From the IMG/VR virus record IMGVR_UViG_3300001528_000921, positions 3,049-67,048 of that record: 64,000 nucleotides of DNA. One strand, written 5' to 3'. The notes under the pieces were generated by a model, which had not been told where the DNA came from, ran no database searches, and saw only the letters and a program-made list of their open reading frames with translations. Positions within the stretch are counted from its first letter, which is position 1. Each line of letters opens with the position of its first letter. Both the position numbers and the translations under genes were made by a program. This document shows, piece by piece, positions 38,064 to 48,036 of the stretch. The stretch comes from a virus. Lineage: Duplodnaviria; Caudoviricetes.

Positions 38064-38267
38064 ATGTGCGAACAAGACGTAATAAACCGATTACTCGAAA
38101 CCAACGAAAAGATGCAAGCTTCGAACGACAGGAAATTCTTAGCTCTCGCCGTGATTTATTTGCTCACGGTCATTGGATTTTTCGTATATCTTACGATGGC
38201 TCCCGTTTCGATGAAACTCGAAGCAAAAGATGTCGTCAGTTCTGAAATCGCTCAAACGGGAAAATAA
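38064..38267 (+). CDS. Small membrane protein
   Basis: AGGGG RBS; one TM segment. Confidence 0.65.
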   Translation: MCEQDVINRLLETNEKMQASNDRKFLALAVIYLLTVIGFFVYLTMAPVSMKLEAKDVVSSEIAQTGK

Positions 38268-38270
38268 TAA

Positions 38271-38486
38271 ATGGAAACTCGAAGCCGCGCGACGATTGAA
38301 ACGGAGGTTATGCCCGGAAGCGAAGTCGAACTTGACATTCGTTTTCCCGTCACAAGAATCGAAGTGAAAAAAGGATTGTGGAAAGGAACGATGTGGATTA
38401 TTCGCCCGAAACGGGGAAGGGCGAGGGTGTTCGGAAGCGAACAGGAAGCGAGGGATTATGCCGCGCGGATATTCGGCAAGCGATAA
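38271..38486 (+). CDS. Hypothetical protein
   Basis: Packed ORF in the + strand island. Confidence 0.5.
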   Translation: METRSRATIETEVMPGSEVELDIRFPVTRIEVKKGLWKGTMWIIRPKRGRARVFGSEQEARDYAARIFGKR

Positions 38487-38496
38487 ACGCAGATAT

Positions 38497-38757
38497 ATGA
38501 AAATGTTTTTCGAAGGCGCGGCTCCCGAATTTTGCGAGAGCGTCATCGGCAGACTTATGCTTCCATCTTGGAATCGTGAGCTTCTTTTCCGCAGATACGT
38601 TCGCTGTGAATCGGACAAACAAATAGCGAACACGATTTGCACCCGACCGTTGTCAAAAGACCATATCAATAAAGAAATTGCAAAATCGCTCGAAATGGCG
38701 TATGATGCGCTCAAAATAATTCAACAACAAGTGTGGTGCGAAAATGGCAAGTCGTAA
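38497..38757 (+). CDS. Sigma-region-4-like HTH protein
   Basis: NRELLFRRYV..ESDKQIA...HINKEIAKSL. Confidence 0.55.
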   Translation: MKMFFEGAAPEFCESVIGRLMLPSWNRELLFRRYVRCESDKQIANTICTRPLSKDHINKEIAKSLEMAYDALKIIQQQVWCENGKS

Positions 38758-39817
38758 AATTCCCGAATCTGCAGTCGAAAACCTCGTCAATGATTTGGCG
38801 TCGAAACAGGACAAATCGAATCTGTCCACGGCTCTTTTGGAATCGCTCGGATACACAATGGGTGGCGCGACGCCACGAAACTTTGTTTACGAATCTGCCA
38901 CGTCGATTCGAGTCAAAGCTCCGTGGTACTGCAAATTGGACGGATTCGGGTGGTTTTCGATGCCGCAAGACGTCGTTATTCCCATGACCGGACTTGCCGC
39001 GAACACCGAATACTACATTTATTTGTGCAACAAAAACGACGTTTGGTCTTTTCAAACGTCTTCGAACTCGACGATTCCCGACGGATTCACGGCATCAAAC
39101 TCAAGAAAAGTGGCTTGGTTTCACACGATTGGGGCGGACATCGAAACGGGTTTGACCTACGATTGGGGCGGAGCGACCGGGTTGGTGCATCCTTACTCAG
39201 GCATGACCGCAGGAAGCATTGATCCGAACTCCGTTTGGTGTCGCTCGTTCCGACCGAAAACCTCACTGCCTTTTTTCAATTACATCGAGCCGATTGATTT
39301 GGCGGTTTCAGTTTTTCTTCAGTCCGGCACCGGCACGTCCACGCAATTCGTCGCAAACGCGACGATAACCGATGCTCGTCATTACGGGAATCATCTTGAA
39401 GATTTGCTTTCCGTCGATTGCCGGATGCTCACAGAATACGAATTTGCGATGGCGGCTGACGGTTCGAATCAAAAAACGAATATCGCCGGTTCGGCGGATC
39501 CGGTTACAACAGGTTTTCACAAAGATACTGGGGGTCGCTCGATGATCAGTCGATTCGGACTTTGGTCTTGTTGCGGCGAGATGTGGCAATTCTTGCAGTC
39601 GCCTTGCGCTTCTCTGAATAAAGGTTGGCAAGGAATTGATGACGGAAAAGGCGATACTTACGGCGCGTTGGCTGTGTTGCTTGGCGGCGGGCCTTGGATT
39701 GACTCCTCGCACTGCGGCTCACGGGCGCTGGATGGCGCTAATTCGCGTGCTACGCTCGCTACGAATTTTTCGGTCCGCGCTTCGAGCCCGATTTTGCGAG
39801 GGTTCGAGTGGGCGTAG
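38744..39817 (+). CDS. DGR target protein (CLec/FGE-like fold; probable receptor-binding protein)
   Basis: C-terminal VR; RMLTEYEF..AA and GLWSCCGEMWQ (GNVWE-like) motifs. Confidence 0.85.
   Translation: MASRKIPESAVENLVNDLASKQDKSNLSTALLESLGYTMGGATPRNFVYESATSIRVKAPWYCKLDGFGWFSMPQDVVIPMTGLAANTEYYIYLCNKNDVWSFQTSSNSTIPDGFTASNSRKVAWFHTIGADIETGLTYDWGGATGLVHPYSGMTAGSIDPNSVWCRSFRPKTSLPFFNYIEPIDLAVSVFLQSGTGTSTQFVANATITDARHYGNHLEDLLSVDCRMLTEYEFAMAADGSNQKTNIAGSADPVTTGFHKDTGGRSMISRFGLWSCCGEMWQFLQSPCASLNKGWQGIDDGKGDTYGALAVLLGGGPWIDSSHCGSRALDGANSRATLATNFSVRASSPILRGFEWA
39662..39785 (+). repeat. DGR variable repeat (VR), 124 bp
   Basis: Identical to the TR except at 12 positions, all of which are A in the TR. 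Confidence 0.95.
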
Positions 39818-39860
39818 GGCGATCTCTCGGGAGAGCGCGCTCCGTGTGGCGCGATGGAAC
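39818..39860. other. GC-rich hairpins downstream of VR (retrohoming cruciform candidate)
   Basis: CTCT-CGGG-AGAG and CGCGC-8 nt-GCGCG immediately after the target stop. Confidence 0.55.
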
Positions 39861-39937
39861 GAGGGCGCGATCCGCAAAATTTATGTTGCAAATAGTTTGC
39901 GACATGTTGTATAAATTCTTTAAAGTAAATTCGCACT

Positions 39938-40061
39938 AACGCGTTGGCTGTGTTGCTTGGCGGCGGGAATTGGAATAACTCCTCGCACTGCGGCTCACGG
40001 GCGCTGAATGGCAATAATTCGCGTGCTACGCTCAATACGAATTATTCGGTCCGCGCTTCGA
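39938..40061 (+). repeat. DGR template repeat (TR), 124 bp
   Basis: AAT/AAC-rich copy of the VR, upstream of the RT. Confidence 0.95.
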
Positions 40062-40198
40062 TACACATTCGCAAGAAACTTCAACTTGCGGATACGGCTG
40101 GCGAATTTACTGCGGTACGCGATTAAATTCGGTCCGAAACACACAACGAAGTTCGAGAGTTCCCAAGTAGGCTCTCACGAGTTCGAAAGGGACTTTCG

Positions 40199-41464
40199 AT
40201 GAAACGTTACGGCTATCTCTGGGAAAAATTCATATCCAAAGAAAACTTTGAACTCGCGTTCAAAAACGCGGCGCGTGGACGTCGCTCGGTTAAATCGATC
40301 AGAATTTACGAATCGAATCTCGAAGAAAACCTTGAGAACCTCCGTGAAAAATTAAATATGGGTGTTTGGAAACATGGACCGTATCGGAACCGAACCGTTT
40401 TCGAACCGAAGAAGCGCGATATTTCCATTTGTAAATTTGAAGACAGAATCGTCCATTGGGCGATTGTGAACATAATTCAGCCGATTTTCGAACCGACTTT
40501 CATTTCGGCAGCATACGCCTGCCGAAAAGGGTTCGGGCAGCACAAAGCGAGTCAAAAAGTCGCGGAATACACTCGAAAATATGAATACGTCTACAAATTT
40601 GATCACTCAAAGTATTATCCGACGATGGACCACGAATATCTGAAATCGCGACTTCGCTCGAAAATCAAAGACGAACGGTTTTTGGACGTCGTCTTCAACG
40701 TGATCGATTCTCAAGAAATCGGCGTTCCGATCGGGAATCTCACTTCGCAAATTTTCGGGAACATTTATAGAACACCGCTCGATCGCCTGATTAAAGAAAA
40801 GCTGCGCGCAAAAGCTTACGTCAATTACATGGACGACGGAATGGTTTTCTCGAACGACAAGGATTTTCTTCGAGAAGTGAAACGAGAAGTTGAGTTGTTT
40901 GTGCGAAACGTTCAAAAGCAAAAGCTTTCGAAATCGGAAATCTTCAAAACGAATCGAGGTGTTGACGCTCTCGGCTATCGCCACTTTAAGCGATACATAT
41001 TGCTGCGGAAACGAACGGTTCGTAGAATGAAACGATCATTTGCCCGACTGCAAAACTTGACTTATGAATCCGCGCTTGGTAAAATAGCGTCCACGATGGG
41101 GATTTTGAAGCATTGTTGCTCGAAGAATCTCGCGGACAAATTGAAAATAAAAGAACTGTTTGGAACGTACATGAAAAAGTTTTCCGAAATCCGTCATTCG
41201 AACGACTGCTTGTTTGAAGGCACGCATCTCAAAATTGACGAGATTCTCGACAAGGAAATAACCTTACTCGGGTTCAAATCACAGAAATCAAAGCTGAACA
41301 ACGACGATTACGTCATAATCGCTTTCGAACTCAAAGGTGAAAAACACGTTACGTTCACAGGATCCAAGATTCTTCGGGAAAAACTCACCGAATACGCGAA
41401 TGAAATTCCTTTTTCGGTTACGATAACCCGCCCGACCGGAAAAAATTATTACGCTTTTGTTTGA
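40199..41464 (+). CDS. DGR reverse transcriptase with a fused ~97-aa C-terminal domain
   Basis: GVPIGNLTSQ (DGR SQ motif), YMDD, GVDALGY; ORF continues in frame through MKKFSEI...YYAFV. Confidence 0.93.
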   Translation: MKRYGYLWEKFISKENFELAFKNAARGRRSVKSIRIYESNLEENLENLREKLNMGVWKHGPYRNRTVFEPKKRDISICKFEDRIVHWAIVNIIQPIFEPTFISAAYACRKGFGQHKASQKVAEYTRKYEYVYKFDHSKYYPTMDHEYLKSRLRSKIKDERFLDVVFNVIDSQEIGVPIGNLTSQIFGNIYRTPLDRLIKEKLRAKAYVNYMDDGMVFSNDKDFLREVKREVELFVRNVQKQKLSKSEIFKTNRGVDALGYRHFKRYILLRKRTVRRMKRSFARLQNLTYESALGKIASTMGILKHCCSKNLADKLKIKELFGTYMKKFSEIRHSNDCLFEGTHLKIDEILDKEITLLGFKSQKSKLNNDDYVIIAFELKGEKHVTFTGSKILREKLTEYANEIPFSVTITRPTGKNYYAFV

Positions 41465-41476
41465 AAGGACGTCGAA

Positions 41477-41746
41477 ATGAAAGGTTTGCCGAAAAATTAT
41501 AACACGAAACAGGACGTTTTGACTGCGCTGGAACTGTTCCCCGTTGAAGCGAAAGAGCAGTTGCGGTCGATTTGGGCGAATCGCTTTTGCCCGAAACCTT
41601 GCGGAGAAAACGCCGAAGGTGCGTTTGAAGCTCAAATTGACGAAAACACTTCGGGTTGGTTCAGAATGGAACTGGACGAAAACAATTATTTGTACCGTCT
41701 GGGCTTCACTTTGAAAGAATTAAAACGTTTGGGAATTGCGGACTAA
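41477..41746 (+). CDS. Small protein downstream of the DGR RT
   Basis: AAGGA RBS; MKGLPK..NTK.D...LYRLGFT pattern recalled near phage DGRs. Confidence 0.7.
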   Translation: MKGLPKNYNTKQDVLTALELFPVEAKEQLRSIWANRFCPKPCGENAEGAFEAQIDENTSGWFRMELDENNYLYRLGFTLKELKRLGIAD

Positions 41747-42693
41747 TATCCGATAGCGTTCCAAGCGATTGTAACTTCACCCGACGTCCATGCGGTTCCG
41801 TCGGTGAAGTTCAACAGTTCAAAATCAAAATAACCGTATTGATGCGATGAATCCGAACCTACGCCGCGCGTGTCCACGGCAAGAATGTTGACTCGACACG
41901 GAGGATTCGCATTTCGGACTTCCGTAAACACGTTCGGGCGCGTGTAAAACTTCTTCGTGAACCAGACGCGGGTTCTTCCCGAATACGGACGTTCCTCGTC
42001 AAAGATTTCCTGCCCTTTGTCAACGACGTCTTCAACGTCGATGTGCAGCGTTGCTCCGGCGACACCGAAACGTCCGCTTACGGGCGGTGTCAAATCGACT
42101 TGAACACCGACAATCGCATCCTGATATTCGTAATCTCCGGGGTACAACGGACGCAACGCCGAGTAGCCAAGTGGGGATTTGCGCTCGGTGTACGACTTAA
42201 ATTCGTCGTCGTATTCCGGCTGATACGAAATTTCGACGTCGCTTAGAATCGTCACGGGCTCGCGCTCGGCGTTCGTTTCCCGAATTTCCTCGCCGTTGTC
42301 CGATTTGACGTAAGTGTCGTAGAACGAAAGGAAGCGGTGGTCCGTTATGTCCACGTCCGCTTTTGTCGTTTCACCGATTGTCAACGTTTCTGTCACATTG
42401 ACGCGAGCACTCGTGTTTCCGAGCTTATCCGAAATAAACATCGGCTCGTACATCGGAAGATTCGGTTTTGCTGTGAACTGACCTTTCATCGTCAAAGTTT
42501 CGTGGACGTCACCGCTCATCGAGAGATTCCCGAACTCGTCGGAAATTCCGATGTTTTCCGTTACGGAATCTTCCGCCCCAAGTGTGTGAGCGAACCATTC
42601 GTAAGGAACATTCAACATGACGGACGAGTCGGACATCTGGCTCCCGATGTTGTCGTATGTCCACGGAACGATGACGCGAAAGGTTCTTGCCAT
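41743..42693 (-). CDS. Tail-associated structural protein
   Basis: Last gene of the tail-tip operon; beta-rich acidic protein. Confidence 0.6.
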   Translation of the reverse strand: MARTFRVIVPWTYDNIGSQMSDSSVMLNVPYEWFAHTLGAEDSVTENIGISDEFGNLSMSGDVHETLTMKGQFTAKPNLPMYEPMFISDKLGNTSARVNVTETLTIGETTKADVDITDHRFLSFYDTYVKSDNGEEIRETNAEREPVTILSDVEISYQPEYDDEFKSYTERKSPLGYSALRPLYPGDYEYQDAIVGVQVDLTPPVSGRFGVAGATLHIDVEDVVDKGQEIFDEERPYSGRTRVWFTKKFYTRPNVFTEVRNANPPCRVNILAVDTRGVGSDSSHQYGYFDFELLNFTDGTAWTSGEVTIAWNAIGY

Positions 42694-42694
42694 G

Positions 42695-43207
42695 TTACGC
42701 CAACTCGAACGTTAAAGTTTGCGTAAATTCCAAGTTCGGCAACGCGGGAATCGACTCGGCGTAAACCGCTCGGTCAAGCATTGTTCCTGCCGTTTCGGCG
42801 TTGAAGACACCAACTTCTTGAATTTTCTTCGTGATTGTGTTTCGAGCGAAGACCGCCGTGATCGTGAACGACTTTTTGTCATCGTCAAAAGACCACGTTC
42901 CCGCGACACGGTTTCCTTCGTCTTCGAGAGTGACCATCGTCACCGCCGTTGCGGACGACCCTTGCCCGATTGCCACATATTTCATGATGTTCGGACGAGC
43001 GTCTGCATCAGCAATCGCATGGCGCACGAAATCGAAGCCCGCATTGACAATAGCGTTCTTCTTTTCCGTGTAATGAATCTTGTTTCCGTTTTCGTCGGTG
43101 TACCAGCACCGAGCCGTTCCGACGATTTTCAGACCATCTTTCATGTGTGAAATTCCTTCTTTTGCAAAAGATGACGCCAGTTTAGCACACTGGCGCTCAT
43201 CTTTCAA
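42695..43207 (-). CDS. Tail-collar/fibre attachment protein (start probably ~43147)
   Basis: IVNAG...YVAIGQG...L..E..R...I.EVGVFN pattern. Confidence 0.6.
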   Translation of the reverse strand: MKDERQCAKLASSFAKEGISHMKDGLKIVGTARCWYTDENGNKIHYTEKKNAIVNAGFDFVRHAIADADARPNIMKYVAIGQGSSATAVTMVTLEDEGNRVAGTWSFDDDKKSFTITAVFARNTITKKIQEVGVFNAETAGTMLDRAVYAESIPALPNLEFTQTLTFELA

Positions 43208-43225
43208 GCATTGAACTTCGCGCTT

Positions 43226-46200
43226 TCACCGCTCCAACTTATCGTCACCCAAAACCAGCGTGTCGAATTTACCAATCGGAGCGACGTCCGCAACTTCTGT
43301 TCCGTCAATCTTCGTCTTTTCAACACCAAACGACAAGCGGCGAGCACCTTCATCTTGCGTCAGCTGCACGAACAGGAAGTCATACTTGAGCGACCGAGTG
43401 AACGGAGCGCGAAGCACAATTCCGTCGGAACCAATGCAAACGATGTTATCGTTTTCCAAGACAAGACGCAGCCACCGTGTATTCGCAGCATCACGCAGAA
43501 TCATAATCTCGTAGAGGTTGATGCTTTGAGCGGTCAGCTTCACGGTGAAACGCAGCGTGAACGTTTCGGGAACATTTACGGAATATCGCACGTCAACCAT
43601 GCGGTTCAGAACCAAGCCTTGTGTAACACGGGACGGACCATATGCAACTTCATCGGTGTGATTGGGATTCGTCGTTTGCTTGACGTCTTCGAGCGTGCCG
43701 TCGAGTGGGAAGCCCACCTGTCCGTTCGAGTCGGGATACTTGGCATTTTCCTTCCAGCAAATCACCGCTTGCGCCGCACCTTCTTCCTTGCTTTGAACGG
43801 ACGAGTTCAGCCATGAGGTTTCCTGCGCTTGCGGCGAGTTCCAAGGGTAGGTCAAATCGGCGAAATACAAAGGTTGTCCAAATTTAAACGTTTCCGATTC
43901 GTACCAGTTTCGGGCGCGCGTCACTTGGTCCAAGTGAACGGGGAAGTAATGTTCGGCGTATGCCGCGCCGTCGTCCATTTGAATTACGTCCCTCCCTGCG
44001 GATTCATAGCGTACGAAGCCTTCGGTAACACCGTCCCAAGAGTTCAGACCATTTGCAAGGTTCGATCCCGAGGTAATCGCTCCAGCGCACGTCGTCGAAA
44101 ACGAAATCAGGTTTCCGACGCGCCCTGCGTCAATCGCGGTCAGCGTGAGTCTGGTCATGCCGTCATTCGTCACGGTTACGAGCTGGTCTTTCTTATTGAT
44201 TGCCACCTCGGCGTTGTGCAAGGTGCGCTCCAACGAATCCCCGATTTTGATGTCAGTGCCGAACGTGTAAACCGATTCGCCGATTCTGACGGTTTCACCC
44301 GCGACAGGATTTCGCGGAATGCGACGCATCGCTCCGCTTTCGTCTTCTTGCGGTGAGGTCAATTCGATCCAACCGTAAGCTCGAACGGGTTGTGTGTTGT
44401 CGATGTTCAGAATCACATTTCGGTTCTTCCGCAGTTCCATCGAGAACTCGGTGTACACGGGTTGTTCGCAGTACGCTCCGAGCTGCGACCGAGTTTTGAT
44501 GAAGAATCCGACGTATTCACCCGTAATCGGGTAAAGGGACGTGTATCCCGTGCCCGTGGTTGAACAAATCTTCGTTCCGCTTTCCCACGTCGAATTGCCG
44601 GTGCGGACTTCGTAATAGACGTCTTCGCCGGTGCTGTCCCAGTCGAATCGCGGGCGGTCGTTGTTCGTCGTGACATAGAAGTTCGTCACGTTCTTCGGAC
44701 GTCCAGCTTCAATCGTAATGCCCATGGCGATTTCGGAATATGTGCCGATGATGTCTTTCGCTTTGACCCAGATCGTGTGCTTTTCCAAGTCTTTGAAATA
44801 ATACTCGTACTGCGGATCGGTCGTCGAGAACGCGAGAACGGTTCCCGTGTCCCACGTTTCACCTTCGCGAACCTCGTAGCACATCAAATCGGCGTCCTTC
44901 ACAGGATCCCACGTCAGATGCGCTTTCGTCAAACCGCCGTCCGATTTCAGATTTTCAATGTTCTGCGGCGGTTCGTTGACGTTGTATGTGTCGTAACGAA
45001 ATGCGGGCGCGGTTTCCAAATCGGGCAGATAGCCGAGAGTGTTGTACGGGAGCAGCGTCCATTCAATCGCTCCGATAGGCGGATCTTTGATTGTCGCATC
45101 GTACAAGTGGTCGATGTGGTTCCATGCCGATTCGCCATACGGACGCCAGTAAATTTCGCAGGTGCCTTTGTAATACTTATACTGCGGGTCGAGTTCGGGA
45201 ATCAAATCGAGGTAGGCGCACTTTTCGTCCTTGTCAAAGTATTCGTCAAACTCCAAATTCAAGATGTGGGGCACAACCGCGGGAACCTCAAACGTGCCGT
45301 AGTCACCGGCATCAAGCTTCGCCCGCTTGTCCGCGGACGTCTGTTTCAAGCGGTTGACTTCGGTCGCGCCAACGGTAATTCGATCGGGCGAACCGTCTTC
45401 TTCTTTAATCATCGTCACGCGATACGGTTTCGCGTTGCCGACGTCGGTCAGCTGGTCGGTTCGAAGCGTGTATACCGTGTATTGATCGATGTGTTCGTCA
45501 AGTGGAACGTCAAATTTGAGCGTTTTGACATAGCCCACACCGTCAGGAACAAGCTGATACGACAAAATCTTGTCGCCGACTTGGAAATCACAGTAATAAT
45601 TGATGCCGCCGCCGACGATTGCCGATTCGATGAACATCTCGTCGCGCGTGTAAGCGGTGAGCCTGTCTTCTGAAACAGACGTCAGACGTCCGCTTTGCCC
45701 GCTGTTCATATCGGGATCCGCAATCAGAATCACGTCGCCGACGTTACAGTTCAGACCTTCGCGAGCCGTGCTGAAAGACACGGACAAAGTTTCAGTCGTG
45801 TAAGTCAGCAAGGCGAACCACGCTTTTCGGACGGCTTCTTGAACGGAAGTGCAGCCAATCAAGTTTGCGGATGTTTCGTTCTTTCCGTATTTTGCGATTG
45901 CGTCTGTGTCTTCGACGACTCGCTGGTCTTGAATCCAATCTTGTGCTTCGTTGACGAACGTAACGGAAACGGAGTTGTACCAAAGCGACGGGTCGGAGAA
46001 AGAATAGTTGAACAACCCTTCATAGACGTTGGATGGGGTGAAAATGTGGACGGCGGGATCGTCGTCCCGCGGAACTTTCAAGCGAACCGCCCCGGAGTTG
46101 TCCTCGTACAAAATTCCGTTGAACGATGCTGCGATGTCCATAACGACTTCGCGACCCATTTTCTGTTGGTCAATCAAGCCGTTCCATGTGTAACGCGGAA

Positions 46201-47296
46201 CCAGATTTCCGTTTCCATCGTCAACCATTTCGTCGCAGAATTGAGCTGCGTCATAGAAATCCATTTTGTCGACGTCAAACGTGTAAAACGAACCCATGCC
46301 GTAGCGAGGATTCGTCAGCAAATCGTACAGAATCCAAGCGGGGTTGTTTGTCCATGACTTTTTGAACAATCCGTCCCAATCGCCCTCGTAGGTATGCGCG
46401 TGTCCGTCGTAGTTTGAAGGCACTGAAATCACGGCGAGATTGTAGATACCACAGATTTCTGGCTGATTCGAAATTCGGTCGCTTGCTTCAATCAAAAACT
46501 TGGCGCACGCCGTATTGTCGAAAGTGTAGGTTTTTGCAGAATTGCCAACAGCAATTCCTGCGATGCTTGCCGAATACTGATTTCCGTAGGTTCCGGGTTT
46601 GTCGAGCGTGCAGATAAAACGAAGACGAATTGTAGGTCTATCTTCTGACTGTCCGGGTTCGTTTTCCCAAGTCGGAAGCCAAATTCTGTAATCCCGATAA
46701 TATCCGGTTGTGGTTTTTCCGTTTACCGTTTGAACTCCAACGTCAACCCAATCCGTAGCTCCCTGATACTGCCATTTAACGCTGAAGGAGAACGATCCTT
46801 CCGTTTGATCACCAGATGAGGAAGCACTCATCAACTGCTGAATGGCAAGACGGAAATCAATATAATCGTAATCACCGAATTGATTGATTGTGACGTATTT
46901 TGCGCGAGGGTTTTCATCGTCGTTCCAATCGGATTTGTCGTAAGGGTCGTCGGAATCATACCCCGGAAGGGATAAGTTTACCGAACCGACCGAAACGGGG
47001 GCTTCCGCTCCGAGCTGCAATTCGATAGGTTTTGAGGTTGCCGGGTCGCCGCGATAAATGTTCAGCTCGTATTTGGAATAGTTCTTCGAACCGGACGGGG
47101 TTGTCAAAGGCGACGAATCAATGTAAAAAGATTTCGAACCGTCGACAAGTCCTTCGATAGGTCCTTCGCACAAACCCATCAAAGCTTCGAGCCAGTCGCC
47201 GGAAATCAAGTTGTCTTTGATGACCGTCGGATAACTGGCTCCACCCCCGCCGGCAAACAAAGTCTTTGCGTCTTTTTTGTGAACGAAGTTTACCAT
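43226..47296 (-). CDS. Central tail fibre/tip, lambda gpJ-like
   Basis: LCEGPIEGL, Y.G.WDG.FK..WTNNPAW..YDLL...RYGMG, FnIII-like repeats. Confidence 0.9.
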   Translation of the reverse strand: MVNFVHKKDAKTLFAGGGGASYPTVIKDNLISGDWLEALMGLCEGPIEGLVDGSKSFYIDSSPLTTPSGSKNYSKYELNIYRGDPATSKPIELQLGAEAPVSVGSVNLSLPGYDSDDPYDKSDWNDDENPRAKYVTINQFGDYDYIDFRLAIQQLMSASSSGDQTEGSFSFSVKWQYQGATDWVDVGVQTVNGKTTTGYYRDYRIWLPTWENEPGQSEDRPTIRLRFICTLDKPGTYGNQYSASIAGIAVGNSAKTYTFDNTACAKFLIEASDRISNQPEICGIYNLAVISVPSNYDGHAHTYEGDWDGLFKKSWTNNPAWILYDLLTNPRYGMGSFYTFDVDKMDFYDAAQFCDEMVDDGNGNLVPRYTWNGLIDQQKMGREVVMDIAASFNGILYEDNSGAVRLKVPRDDDPAVHIFTPSNVYEGLFNYSFSDPSLWYNSVSVTFVNEAQDWIQDQRVVEDTDAIAKYGKNETSANLIGCTSVQEAVRKAWFALLTYTTETLSVSFSTAREGLNCNVGDVILIADPDMNSGQSGRLTSVSEDRLTAYTRDEMFIESAIVGGGINYYCDFQVGDKILSYQLVPDGVGYVKTLKFDVPLDEHIDQYTVYTLRTDQLTDVGNAKPYRVTMIKEEDGSPDRITVGATEVNRLKQTSADKRAKLDAGDYGTFEVPAVVPHILNLEFDEYFDKDEKCAYLDLIPELDPQYKYYKGTCEIYWRPYGESAWNHIDHLYDATIKDPPIGAIEWTLLPYNTLGYLPDLETAPAFRYDTYNVNEPPQNIENLKSDGGLTKAHLTWDPVKDADLMCYEVREGETWDTGTVLAFSTTDPQYEYYFKDLEKHTIWVKAKDIIGTYSEIAMGITIEAGRPKNVTNFYVTTNNDRPRFDWDSTGEDVYYEVRTGNSTWESGTKICSTTGTGYTSLYPITGEYVGFFIKTRSQLGAYCEQPVYTEFSMELRKNRNVILNIDNTQPVRAYGWIELTSPQEDESGAMRRIPRNPVAGETVRIGESVYTFGTDIKIGDSLERTLHNAEVAINKKDQLVTVTNDGMTRLTLTAIDAGRVGNLISFSTTCAGAITSGSNLANGLNSWDGVTEGFVRYESAGRDVIQMDDGAAYAEHYFPVHLDQVTRARNWYESETFKFGQPLYFADLTYPWNSPQAQETSWLNSSVQSKEEGAAQAVICWKENAKYPDSNGQVGFPLDGTLEDVKQTTNPNHTDEVAYGPSRVTQGLVLNRMVDVRYSVNVPETFTLRFTVKLTAQSINLYEIMILRDAANTRWLRLVLENDNIVCIGSDGIVLRAPFTRSLKYDFLFVQLTQDEGARRLSFGVEKTKIDGTEVADVAPIGKFDTLVLGDDKLER

Positions 47297-48036
47297 TGAT
47301 TTACAGTTCCGTCTTTGATTTGTGGACCGGACATCCCGGAAAGAACCTGTTTATCTTTTCTCGTTCGAAAAATGCCAAAAGACGTTTTGCTCGTCGAGGT
47401 TCTTACCCATACCGGGTCTGTCGTGGAAGTTCCCCAAGAGAGCAACTGTCCGTAAATCCGATAACGACCGTATCCAATGGGGATCGCAGTGCCGACTTTC
47501 GTCGTGTTTCCATTCATCCCGAAAGCATAGTTTTGCTGCGTTTCATTTTGGTCGGGTTTTTTGTCTTTTTGCAAGTGCTGGGCTAACACATTTAACCAAA
47601 TCCCAGCGACAGACATTGCAGCCCCGACAGCAATATATCCGGCTGTTGTCAGCACCGTCGCCGATTCACCTGCGGTGGTGGTAACTGTACTTGTCAAGCC
47701 AGCAGCACCAAATCCGCCCGTGCACGCAATCGCGATAACGGCAACAGCCACGATAATCGCCGTCATAATCCAAGCTTGCTTTGTGGCTCCGCCGCCAGCG
47801 GGAAGAAAGGACGGCATCACGTCTAAAACAGGAGTTGCTCCCCTCTTATACAAATCGTCAGTGGTCTTTATCTGCTTGCAAAAACAGTCGAACCGATGCC
47901 CGTTCTTGCGGGTCAGTTTCTTTTCATTGTTTTTGCAGACGATTCGCAAAGCTTCGTAGGCGTTGTTCGCTTCGACCGTGTGTTCTCCCGGACAAAGCTT
48001 TCCAAGCAAACCGTGAAATTTTACCGTTATTCGCAC
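47290..48036 (-). CDS. Tail assembly protein, gpI-like
   Basis: Ubiquitin-like N-terminus, hydrophobic segments, NTT..G..IP.GYGR. Confidence 0.85.
   Translation of the reverse strand: MRITVKFHGLLGKLCPGEHTVEANNAYEALRIVCKNNEKKLTRKNGHRFDCFCKQIKTTDDLYKRGATPVLDVMPSFLPAGGGATKQAWIMTAIIVAVAVIAIACTGGFGAAGLTSTVTTTAGESATVLTTAGYIAVGAAMSVAGIWLNVLAQHLQKDKKPDQNETQQNYAFGMNGNTTKVGTAIPIGYGRYRIYGQLLSWGTSTTDPVWVRTSTSKTSFGIFRTRKDKQVLSGMSGPQIKDGTVNQW

Noticed and set aside
39944-40126. ORF reading like the target C-terminus
   Set aside because: It is the DGR template repeat read in frame, not a gene
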